From a virus (lineage: Duplodnaviria > Caudoviricetes), in the IMG/VR virus record IMGVR_UViG_3300048886_000450, positions 1 to 51,139 of that record: DNA of 51,139 nt, one strand, 5' to 3'. Position 1 is the first letter of the stretch, and the number at the start of each line of letters is the position of its first letter. Shown here piece by piece: positions 8,864-17,693 of the stretch. A program made the position numbers and the translations under genes. A model generated the notes under the pieces. It was given only the letters and a program-made list of their open reading frames with translations, did not search any database and was not told the origin of the DNA.

Positions 8864-9195
8864 TACGCCTCCTGAATGCCAAATGAATGAATTGAAACTG
8901 AACTAGCGACCGAAGCAGAAGCCTGAATAAAATCACTAGTCGCCATGACTGCCGACAGGTTGACGAAAGTTGTTGACTTGGCGTCAACACTCACATCATA
9001 AAGAATTGCATTAGTAGAACTAGCCGATCCACCATTAGGAACTAGATAAACAGCAATAGTTCTAGCGGCAGCAGCAGTGTTACACAGAGCAATTTGCTTC
9101 ACAATCGTCGTAGTGGACGCTGGCACGGTGTACAACGTCGAAGGCGACGTTCCCAACTGTGCGGGCGCATGTAGTTTCGTATGAGTCATTGCCAT
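8863..9195 (-). CDS. Small beta-sandwich virion protein
   Basis: TLYTVPASTTTIVKQIALCNT pattern typical of small fibre-associated proteins; TAATG coupling at both ends. Confidence 0.65.
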   Translation of the reverse strand: MAMTHTKLHAPAQLGTSPSTLYTVPASTTTIVKQIALCNTAAAARTIAVYLVPNGGSASSTNAILYDVSVDAKSTTFVNLSAVMATSDFIQASASVASSVSIHSFGIQEA

Positions 9196-10493
9196 TAGAC
9201 CATAACCTCCATGTAGAACTGTGTTTCTACATCGTCAATAGTAGTTTGGAACGCGTTCAACTGGGCAACACTTGCATAACCATAATTTTCAATCTTGTCC
9301 TTGATTGCCCCAGAGGTCATAATTGAAACGTCGTCGTCTGTAAAACTTGACCCAGAATCCACATTGGAGATTCCAACGCTGTCCAGTGTCAGGGTTCCAG
9401 CAATTGTCACATCGTCGGGAAGACCGATCGTGACTGCTCCGGCGTTAGTGGCTGTGTGTATTTCATCAGTAGTGCCTACAATTGAAGAAATAGCAGCAGC
9501 AGAAGTAACATAACCATAGTTTTCGATCTTGTCTGCAATGGCCGCAGAGGTCATAATCGAAGTGTTGTTATCTGCGAACGATTCACCAGAAGTCTGAACT
9601 GCCGCGACACCCACACTGTCTAAAGTAAGTGTTCCGGCAATCGTGACATCGTTCGGAAGACCAATAGCAACAGCACCCGAAGGTGCCGACACAGAAATCT
9701 GAGCAGTCGTACCCGAAATACTGTTGACGACCGCTTCCCATTTCACGCCCGCTGTTTCTGTTGAGTCAGCGATCAGTGCAGCATTGTTTGAACCTACGGC
9801 TACTCGCGTCGGAACAGTAGCAGATCGGGCATAAATGTCGCCCTTGGTTGTCAGTGTTCCCTTTTGAGTTGCATTGGAAACAGTTTCGTATCCGTATGCG
9901 AGGATCTTGTCCTGAACCGCAGCGGATGTCATCACCGAAGTGTCATTGTCAACAAACGATTCTGAACCTGTTTGAATAGTCGAAATCGCAACACTGTCGA
10001 TGGTTAGGGTGCCGATTGTTACGGCACTCGGAAGACTGATAGTAACGGCACCATAGGTAGCGCTTACATCAATATTTGATGATCCCGCAAGACTATTAAC
10101 AATGTTCGCCCACGCCAACCCGGTTCCAGCGGAGGAATCAGCAACAAGTGCTTGATTGTTCGTACCTACCGAAAGTTTTCCAACAGCATTATCCGCTGTT
10201 CCACCAAGAAGATCTCCCTTGGCGTCAACCGTAGATGACCGCATTTCATAGCCATCTCGTACCAGCACCCACTCTGTATCGCCAGTCGAATAAACCTTTA
10301 AAGTATTATCAGTAGTGTTGTAATGAAAATACCCGCTAAGGGTTCCGGACGCTGCACCATTACTTTCAGACCATCCCGCGGCCTTAGAATCTAACTGAGA
10401 AAAGGCGTCATTAAATTGGACGCGACTAAAAGAATCCAAACTGGTTGACCAGTTCGGCAACGAATCAAATCTAGATCCATATGTTACAGCCAT
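9195..10493 (-). CDS. Tail fibre-like protein with internal repeats
   Basis: YNTTDNTLKVY; two KGD....VG.NN..L.ADS....G..W units; three (S)F.D.D.S.MTS.AI.DKI..YGY units; AGGAG RBS. Confidence 0.75.
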   Translation of the reverse strand: MAVTYGSRFDSLPNWSTSLDSFSRVQFNDAFSQLDSKAAGWSESNGAASGTLSGYFHYNTTDNTLKVYSTGDTEWVLVRDGYEMRSSTVDAKGDLLGGTADNAVGKLSVGTNNQALVADSSAGTGLAWANIVNSLAGSSNIDVSATYGAVTISLPSAVTIGTLTIDSVAISTIQTGSESFVDNDTSVMTSAAVQDKILAYGYETVSNATQKGTLTTKGDIYARSATVPTRVAVGSNNAALIADSTETAGVKWEAVVNSISGTTAQISVSAPSGAVAIGLPNDVTIAGTLTLDSVGVAAVQTSGESFADNNTSIMTSAAIADKIENYGYVTSAAAISSIVGTTDEIHTATNAGAVTIGLPDDVTIAGTLTLDSVGISNVDSGSSFTDDDVSIMTSGAIKDKIENYGYASVAQLNAFQTTIDDVETQFYMEVMV

Positions 10494-10521
10494 AATGACG
10501 CTCCTGAATAGATACTACACT

Positions 10522-13500
10522 TTAAGTAGGCAGTGTCTGTCTTACTCTTTCCATATCTGCCGACGATAATGCTTCTTTAAAAATTGCGAAATGATTGAAC
10601 TGCCAACCCGGTTCATTATCAGTATGAAAAATTACATTCGCATCCGAAGAACTTCCTGTTCTATTGGAAAGCCCATTGTTTGTCGTGTCTGTGGCATTTG
10701 ATATCGCTGATCCATTCGCATACAACAAGATCTTGTTATTAGACACATCGCGAACCAAACCGACATGATTCCATTGTCCGACACGAGAAGTGTCATCCCA
10801 AGTCAACGAAGCCGTGTTGAGTGCTGTAGCCGACTTGTCGAACGCGTCCGTAACAGTAAAGGTCACCCCGCTGCTGCTGAATTTCATTTGGAAATTGGGA
10901 TGTTGAAAAACATAATTGTCATTACCGCTGTCCGTTTTAAAGCGCCGGTAATGAATTGACAAAGAGACCGGCGTATCTCGGCCTACCGATAACTGAGGAG
11001 AACAAGAACCGCCCTCCCGATTCAACTGGAATAGATCCCTGTCAATAATAGAAGAATGCTCATATGCGTCGGCGGCTTCCCATGCACGATTGATCGTCCA
11101 CGTTCCACTTGCACTATCTGTACCGGTACTCGTTGTAGCGGTATGGGCTGTAATAATACTTGGAAGAAATGTATATGTTTTTGTTCCTACTGCTTGAATC
11201 TTTTCGATCTGTTTTCCACCGTAAGTAGCAGCAGCCCAAGTAATCGTAGTTACACCCGTTGCAGTACCGGTCGCTGTGGAAGCGTCCGTATAAGTAACTG
11301 TCCAGTTGTAAGTATCGTTATCCATCGCAGAAACAACAATACTGTCGCCCGAACTGCTCTGATTTCCTAAATACAAATAGTCAGTTCCCGTATGTGGCAA
11401 ACCGATCCAATTTCCTATTGGAAGAGGATTTGCCTGATATGCGATTGTGTATGCAACATCAGTATTCTGTGAACAACTCTGAGTAAAAGTATCAATACCA
11501 TCGTACAAAACCGGAGTTGTTGTATAGGAAGTGGAAATTGTCAAATTGAGGTCTATTACTGCGGACATGGCATTTGAAAAGCCTGATAGAGAACTATCCA
11601 TCTTTCCATCAGCAATAATTGCCCTATAGCCAACGATCCCATTATTTGCGTGGGTTACCTGAAAGAACCTAGCCGTTGCCGTTTTGTCATAGCGATTAAA
11701 AGCCGCCGAAGGATGTGTCGTATTAATCAAATAATCCGTGGGATGACACACCCCATGTAGCGTTGGAGCAACATAGAAACTAATCGTCCCATTGCCGTTA
11801 TCACCGCCCGTAGTAGTGGTAGCAAACCGTATCCATCTATCGCCAAGTTTGCTGAAATCATATGATTCATCATGTGTTGCAGAATCGTATGCGGTGCTAT
11901 AAGCATCACTACCGGATCCCTTATGGAAACGAAGCCTGCCGTCTTGATAGATTTCACACTCACAATGATCAGCAGCAGAACTGGTACCTTGTTTGAACAA
12001 GGAAATGTTGGAACTGTTTCCTACTTTGACATCTGAAACATGAAAGATGTAATCTGTTTCACCAGTTGTATTCGACAGACCCGTTGACACTGTCGCTGCT
12101 TGAATAAAAGCCTCAGACCCGCTCACTCCGGACGGATAAAACGCAAATCCCGTGTTGTACCTAGCCCCAGCAATAATCCCATAACGGGAAGCCTTCGGAT
12201 CAGAAATAGACGAGTCGAATAGATTGATGTGACGGCCCGAACCCGTAACGTCAGGTATAGCAGAACAGGCATCGTTTCCGAATTTTAAAACACTCTCATC
12301 ATTAGCAGTCGCTCCTGCGCCCGGAACATTGGCTTCTAAAATATCTTTCGCCTCATAAGCGAACTCTCCCGCGTCCCGCGCTTTACTAGATTGACTGCCT
12401 ATTGTTCCCATAGCAAGGGTCGGTTCCATTTCTGTTTGAACCAACGTCCCACCAATATCAGGATCGACTGCTGCATCAAAAACATATTTAACAAGAAATG
12501 GGGACTCTCTATAATGCTTTTTGATTCTTGTAAAATAACTCGCAGGTGTTTCTGTGTCTAAAACTGTTCCAAGATACGAATTCATTGATTCCGGCTTACC
12601 AGCGTTCAACCCGTTAAACGCATACAAGATTTGTTGTCGATAAGCGTCTATATTTTCATAACTTGAAGAACGAGCCGCAGCCCAAGTGACAGAATCTTCA
12701 ACAGATTCTGCATCCAAAATATCGATTGACTGCCAATTTGTAGAATCAGTTGACAGATCCCAATCAGGTAGCGACAACCACATACTCAATCCTGTATATG
12801 GATTATTTAAAACAACACCTACCAATTGAGCCATCCATTCAAGGTTCTCTTTTTTAGTTGCCAAAGGATCAGTCAAGACGGACTTGGATTCTATGCCAGT
12901 TATTGAATCGGTACTTCTTTTATATTTCCAAGTTCGTAATTCTTCTCCTACAATCACTCCATATCCATATGCTGATGCAAGTAAACGTTTCGCAACTTGA
13001 GAAAATCCAAAACTACTATTAATATCAATATCATTATCCGATGAACGAATAAATTCAGGCAACAAATTATAGGTTGCATTCAATGTCGGATTATTAATTA
13101 TTGAAGACGCATTTATTGTTGCAACATCTGTCAAAAAGAATGACTGACCTGCTGCCGTAGCGGCATCACAAGTAAAAACAACCCTTGCATAGTTCGCTGA
13201 AGAAGGAACCCAATTCCGCTTCGCCCCGGCTAAAGGCGTCCCCCTTTGGAAACCATACGGATATGTTGCCACCGTCAAAGGATTAATAGAAGGAGAACTT
13301 GAAGTCACATCAGCATTCGTGGTGTACGTCTGTTCATGCGTATGCGTCGAAGAAACCCATGCCCCTTCTGAAGCGGCTTGTCCCACATTGTCCAGAGGAG
13401 AAGCAACACCAGAACCTACATCAAAATATTCGATCTCAATTTTGACTATTTTACCAGCCAAATCTGTACCAATATGAGTGATTCCACTGACCTGATAACT

Positions 13501-13716
13501 ATTTACTGAACTCACAGGAAAAAGAGGGGACTTTACTGAAAATTCACCAGCAGCAACAGAAGTAACAAGAAATCCAGTCGATCCGACACCACTCCCAAGA
13601 GAAGTTTCTTGAAGGCCAATATTCGTTAAAGCACGAGTAGATGCATTACCAGTCGTCCATCTTGCAGGATCAAATACAACCCCATCTTTTGATATTAGAT
13701 TAACGGAATCCGCCAT
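10522..13716 (-). CDS. Large baseplate wedge/tail protein (gpI-like segment plus C-terminal LamG/ConA-like domain)
   Basis: Directly downstream of gpJ; LLPEFIR...LEWMAQLVGV; C-terminal WNHVGLVRD...LYANG...FAIFKEALS. Confidence 0.7.
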   Translation of the reverse strand: MADSVNLISKDGVVFDPARWTTGNASTRALTNIGLQETSLGSGVGSTGFLVTSVAAGEFSVKSPLFPVSSVNSYQVSGITHIGTDLAGKIVKIEIEYFDVGSGVASPLDNVGQAASEGAWVSSTHTHEQTYTTNADVTSSSPSINPLTVATYPYGFQRGTPLAGAKRNWVPSSANYARVVFTCDAATAAGQSFFLTDVATINASSIINNPTLNATYNLLPEFIRSSDNDIDINSSFGFSQVAKRLLASAYGYGVIVGEELRTWKYKRSTDSITGIESKSVLTDPLATKKENLEWMAQLVGVVLNNPYTGLSMWLSLPDWDLSTDSTNWQSIDILDAESVEDSVTWAAARSSSYENIDAYRQQILYAFNGLNAGKPESMNSYLGTVLDTETPASYFTRIKKHYRESPFLVKYVFDAAVDPDIGGTLVQTEMEPTLAMGTIGSQSSKARDAGEFAYEAKDILEANVPGAGATANDESVLKFGNDACSAIPDVTGSGRHINLFDSSISDPKASRYGIIAGARYNTGFAFYPSGVSGSEAFIQAATVSTGLSNTTGETDYIFHVSDVKVGNSSNISLFKQGTSSAADHCECEIYQDGRLRFHKGSGSDAYSTAYDSATHDESYDFSKLGDRWIRFATTTTGGDNGNGTISFYVAPTLHGVCHPTDYLINTTHPSAAFNRYDKTATARFFQVTHANNGIVGYRAIIADGKMDSSLSGFSNAMSAVIDLNLTISTSYTTTPVLYDGIDTFTQSCSQNTDVAYTIAYQANPLPIGNWIGLPHTGTDYLYLGNQSSSGDSIVVSAMDNDTYNWTVTYTDASTATGTATGVTTITWAAATYGGKQIEKIQAVGTKTYTFLPSIITAHTATTSTGTDSASGTWTINRAWEAADAYEHSSIIDRDLFQLNREGGSCSPQLSVGRDTPVSLSIHYRRFKTDSGNDNYVFQHPNFQMKFSSSGVTFTVTDAFDKSATALNTASLTWDDTSRVGQWNHVGLVRDVSNNKILLYANGSAISNATDTTNNGLSNRTGSSSDANVIFHTDNEPGWQFNHFAIFKEALSSADMERVRQTLPT

Positions 13717-13717
13717 T

Positions 13718-15346
13718 TTAATTTACCGTAATAGTGAAAGTGCTTGGATAAGTCAACATCCCTAGATGATTCATTCTGATATCTCCGCTCAAAGCCCCTG
13801 TGCCATCAGTGGCATTAGAACCTAAAACTTCTGCCCTTACCGCTGAAGAAGTTTGGGTAAAGGAAACATTGTCGGTACCGATTGTTCCTGCTGCACTACA
13901 GGAATATCCCTTACTGCCGTTAACACTTCCGCCAGCAACCCAAACAAACTTGTTAACCACCATCTGATTCGTGGTATGTGTATCCGTGGCCCTTGTCAGT
14001 ACCCAATTGGTTGATCCATCGCCTACAGCAGACACGGTATAAATTCCATTCTGTAGTGCGGCTGTTTGATCTTTGACCAACACCCGATCATTCAAAGCCG
14101 GGGTTACTCCATCGACTGCAAACGCTGCCTGCGTGGTGCTGTTAGTCAACGTGGCTCCAACTCCAAGGGTTCCATTAGCGTAAGTTGCAGACAGATTTGC
14201 TGTCGTAGCACATACCACAGACTCTTCAGGCAAGGTCAAAACAACTGAAGTTACATACTCAACACCTGCAACACCATCCAAAAGACTCACAATTTCGTTA
14301 ACACGAACTACGCGATCTGCTTCCACATCCAACTTCCAATAATCACTGTCAAGATATTTTTCAAGCGCACTCTGAACAGCAGTCATGACTGTTCCAGAGG
14401 CTGCGGGAGTAGTTTTAGCAACCGTCACTGTCGCACCTATTCCAACAAGTTCAGCATTATGAACTTCGACAGTTACACCCGTAGCCGTCTTTGCCGTAAT
14501 CCCTGTATTAATAGTTGCAATATCCGAAGCGCTGACAGTCGCATCTTCGATCGAACGGGTATAACCGTTAACATTTTCTCCAGCGACAACAAGCAACACA
14601 TAGCCCGAATATGAACCGCCACCCGTAACTAGATTTCGATCAGCGTAACGTCGCATGTTGTAAGCCTTGGCACGAAAAACCGTTCCGGTATAATTCGTTA
14701 ACACATGAGACTTCAACTGATCTTCAGTCGCTAAAACTGAAGAATAACCAGCCAATGTGGTAGTTGCTCTAGTGAAATATTCGGTATCAGTTTCCATATC
14801 TGAACCACCAGACGGTTTAGAACTCAAAACCACACTAGAAACATAAGGAACAGTAGACAACACCTGAAGAGCAGCACCATTAGAGGGCGTATTAAATCCG
14901 GTTCCAACTGCTTGAGCAGTTACTGCCACGGAAGTTAAAGAAGACGACCCAGCCAATACCGTTGCCTGTTCATCAAGCAAATACACATACACGGATCCAT
15001 CCGTTCCATAATGTGCCATTGCTGTACCTGCGGCAATATTGTAACCAGCCGTATCAGCAAACGTAATTGTTACCGTCGCAGTTGCCTTAATACCATTCGA
15101 TCTATCAATTCCATATAACTTCAACAATGTTTCCACGGTCGAAGAGGGCAAACGATTCGCAGCATTAACCAAATTGGCAGTTTGATATGCCGTGGCCTCC
15201 ATCATCGTCGTTTCGATCTGACCCACGCGTGGAGTCCAATGAGGCATCAAGGCTCTCGCTCTTGTGAGACCTTCCTCCAAAATTGAACTAGCGGATTTAT
15301 CGAATGGAGTTAGGTCCACATAAGAAGACCAATCTGGTGAAACCAT
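13718..15346 (-). CDS. Baseplate J-like wedge protein
   Basis: L.G..R..G.KAT..VT, AQAVGTGFN, GGSDMETD.EY, VRVNEI...L..V.GV.YV; lies between the gp25-like and gpI-like genes. Confidence 0.85.
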   Translation of the reverse strand: MVSPDWSSYVDLTPFDKSASSILEEGLTRARALMPHWTPRVGQIETTMMEATAYQTANLVNAANRLPSSTVETLLKLYGIDRSNGIKATATVTITFADTAGYNIAAGTAMAHYGTDGSVYVYLLDEQATVLAGSSSLTSVAVTAQAVGTGFNTPSNGAALQVLSTVPYVSSVVLSSKPSGGSDMETDTEYFTRATTTLAGYSSVLATEDQLKSHVLTNYTGTVFRAKAYNMRRYADRNLVTGGGSYSGYVLLVVAGENVNGYTRSIEDATVSASDIATINTGITAKTATGVTVEVHNAELVGIGATVTVAKTTPAASGTVMTAVQSALEKYLDSDYWKLDVEADRVVRVNEIVSLLDGVAGVEYVTSVVLTLPEESVVCATTANLSATYANGTLGVGATLTNSTTQAAFAVDGVTPALNDRVLVKDQTAALQNGIYTVSAVGDGSTNWVLTRATDTHTTNQMVVNKFVWVAGGSVNGSKGYSCSAAGTIGTDNVSFTQTSSAVRAEVLGSNATDGTGALSGDIRMNHLGMLTYPSTFTITVN

Positions 15347-15355
15347 TATCTACCC

Positions 15356-15649
15356 CTAAGAAAAGTTAACTTCGATAGTGTCTAAAGCGCCTCGCTGCTT
15401 GATCACATCCACATTTTGAAGTTTGATAGATGTCCCATAGAACTGAATAAATTCACCCAGCAAAGAAGCAGGATCGAACTCTCCGAAAGACGGATCATCT
15501 ACCCCAAAAGTTGGAAACAACTTACGTTCATTTTTGTGAGTTGACATAAACGCATGTATTTGTTCGGCTTTATATGCGTTTGAATCTTCATCAACCTTAA
15601 CAAAATCCCCGGTATTTGTGAACCGAAGCGGTAACGAAAGTACGTTCAT
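15356..15649 (-). CDS. Baseplate wedge / sheath initiator (gp25/GPW-like)
   Basis: LSLPLRF...T.K.ER...PTFGV.D motif, size and position. Confidence 0.75.
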   Translation of the reverse strand: MNVLSLPLRFTNTGDFVKVDEDSNAYKAEQIHAFMSTHKNERKLFPTFGVDDPSFGEFDPASLLGEFIQFYGTSIKLQNVDVIKQRGALDTIEVNFS

Positions 15650-15718
15650 AGCATCCTACTTTAGCATCAACAACAATAGGATTTTACCCCCCCTGACGGC
15701 AGTAGGAACGAAACAAAC

Positions 15719-16468
15719 CTACGAGAGTGGTTCGTCTCCCCACATTTCAGCCCATGTGCCCGGACCCACAATCCCATCGGTCGTCAGGCGATTAATCCGC
15801 TGAAACTTCTTGACCTTCCTCTTAGTCCCCCAACCAAAGATTCCGTCAATCTTTCCGCAGTCGATACCCAAAGCACCTAAACGCCGTTGCAAAACCTTCA
15901 CCCGATCTGAACGTTCCTTTCTCCGAATAGGATTCGTTCTAATCTCAGCGGTAAGAGCAGCGTGATACCTCAACAATGCTCCCCAATCCATAACAGGTTC
16001 TTTTGTTTCTTCCTTGACTCCCCCACCTGTCAAGGCAGGAGCATCAAACCATTCAGTTGATGCACGAGGCTGGTGATGCCACCACTCACCCCTAACCGTG
16101 GGATGCATCCCATACTCTTTAGCAATATTGTTAACTTCCCACTTCTTGATTCCGTTACCACACAAACCAAAATCGACCGCGTAGCAAAATCCGTCGTCCT
16201 GTTCCATGTGCCAACTTCCACGCCAAATGCCTATACCATTGAGCGCCTTAGGTCCAAACCTTCTATCAGGGTTAGCGGCTAAATTAAATCCAGCCTTGCG
16301 TTTCTTGTAGCCATCATAAAAGTATTTCTGTTTTGCATAGGTGCGGCAGCCACTAGTTATTTGGACTCGGCCACTGATGCGTGGATCAGCAAAAAAGGCT
16401 TCTAACCTCTTTACAAAACGTGGATGTAGTAGCGAGAGGTCAACCCCTCGTTTAGCGGGAATAGACAT
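15719..16468 (-). CDS. Endolysin: M15-family Zn peptidase plus C-terminal peptidoglycan-binding domain
   Basis: SGCRT...Q, SWH......AVD, EWWH; VKVLQRRL..LG......DGIFG..T...VKKFQR...L..DGIVGPGTW. Confidence 0.88.
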   Translation of the reverse strand: MSIPAKRGVDLSLLHPRFVKRLEAFFADPRISGRVQITSGCRTYAKQKYFYDGYKKRKAGFNLAANPDRRFGPKALNGIGIWRGSWHMEQDDGFCYAVDFGLCGNGIKKWEVNNIAKEYGMHPTVRGEWWHHQPRASTEWFDAPALTGGGVKEETKEPVMDWGALLRYHAALTAEIRTNPIRRKERSDRVKVLQRRLGALGIDCGKIDGIFGWGTKRKVKKFQRINRLTTDGIVGPGTWAEMWGDEPLS

Positions 16469-16538
16469 TTATTACCTTTGACCGTGCAGGCCGGGTCGGC
16501 TTATGTATTCCTCTCCTCAACCACCTATTAGTATAGAA

Positions 16539-17693
16539 CTATCCGCTCTCCAAGGCCGCAATGCGAACTTCTAATTCTTGAATGGCCTTGATAATCGGTC
16601 CAATCAATTCCGTATACCGAAGTCCTTGCTCGTGATGTTCTTCCACAGCAGGAACGGCACGAACATTGTGTTCGGGGTCAGCCGGTAATTCAGGGTGTGC
16701 TTCAATCAATGCCTTAGTCCAAATGGCTGTATCAGAAGCAGCGTCCCCCAATACTGTTTCGACCTCCTGTCCGATCAGCCCATAGTGTGTCCTAACCCCT
16801 GCCCTACCTTCAGTTTCAATCCATTTGAACTTCACAGGTCGTAAGGCTTTGAGAAAGTCCAGCCCCAGATCAGAATCAACGATGTCTGTTTTCTGATTCT
16901 GATCAGATGTATTTATCGTTCCATTAACAGCGAATACCTCGCTCCATCGTGCGCCGTTGTAGCCAAGCGAGTAGTAATTGTTTGAGAGAGGATGACAACC
17001 GTACTGAAATAGGTTACCAAAGAACGAAAAATCGCCGTACTGATTATCAACAAAGAAGCCACCCCGTTCAAACCCGCCCCAGTCGTAACTTGGAGCAAAC
17101 TGAAAGTACCGCTCAAACGTGCCCGCAGTGCCCGACGTATGCGTGCCTGTAGCCCTGACAGTCAGCCCACCATTGACTACATTGGAATGGCCGGAATGAT
17201 GCAAATTGTACGCATCATTCTTCTCATCAAAAACGTACCAGTCTCCCTCCGTTCCAATCCCAGAACCATCTGTTCCCATGATCGTGTTATCCAACATGAT
17301 GGATGCACGATTAGATCCGACATACTCCGTGGGATCGATCTTCATCGTGTGCCCCCACTGTGAGGTCTGTCCACCGAAACGAACAACCCCCGATGCAGTG
17401 CCATCGTCTAGTTGATGTTGCGGGTTGATAACCAACAAGTCATCTGGACGGTTAGCAATAAAACTAACCATCACTTTGTCTCCCTTTCTTGGAGGAGACC
17501 CTATATAGAACAGTGCTGGAACGTTCTCGTGACCCAACGAATTCACAGAAACTTTGATCGTGTATGGATCCGTGGTGGAAGTAACAACCTCAGTTACTTC
17601 ACCTTCATGAAACCCTGAAGAAACAGGTGAGCCGCGAGAATATGACTTGGTAGGACGAGACCGATTATATTTTTGTCCCTTGTAATCAGACAT
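16539..17693 (-). CDS. Baseplate spike-like protein (gpV/OB-fold-like N-terminus) with C-terminal peptidase S74 intramolecular chaperone
   Basis: GEVTEV...PRKGDKVMVSF; INTSDQNQKTDI..LGL.F...LRPVKFKW...HYGLIGQEV...LRYTELIGPIIKAIQEL; follows the hub gene. Confidence 0.72.
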   Translation of the reverse strand: MSDYKGQKYNRSRPTKSYSRGSPVSSGFHEGEVTEVVTSTTDPYTIKVSVNSLGHENVPALFYIGSPPRKGDKVMVSFIANRPDDLLVINPQHQLDDGTASGVVRFGGQTSQWGHTMKIDPTEYVGSNRASIMLDNTIMGTDGSGIGTEGDWYVFDEKNDAYNLHHSGHSNVVNGGLTVRATGTHTSGTAGTFERYFQFAPSYDWGGFERGGFFVDNQYGDFSFFGNLFQYGCHPLSNNYYSLGYNGARWSEVFAVNGTINTSDQNQKTDIVDSDLGLDFLKALRPVKFKWIETEGRAGVRTHYGLIGQEVETVLGDAASDTAIWTKALIEAHPELPADPEHNVRAVPAVEEHHEQGLRYTELIGPIIKAIQELEVRIAALESG

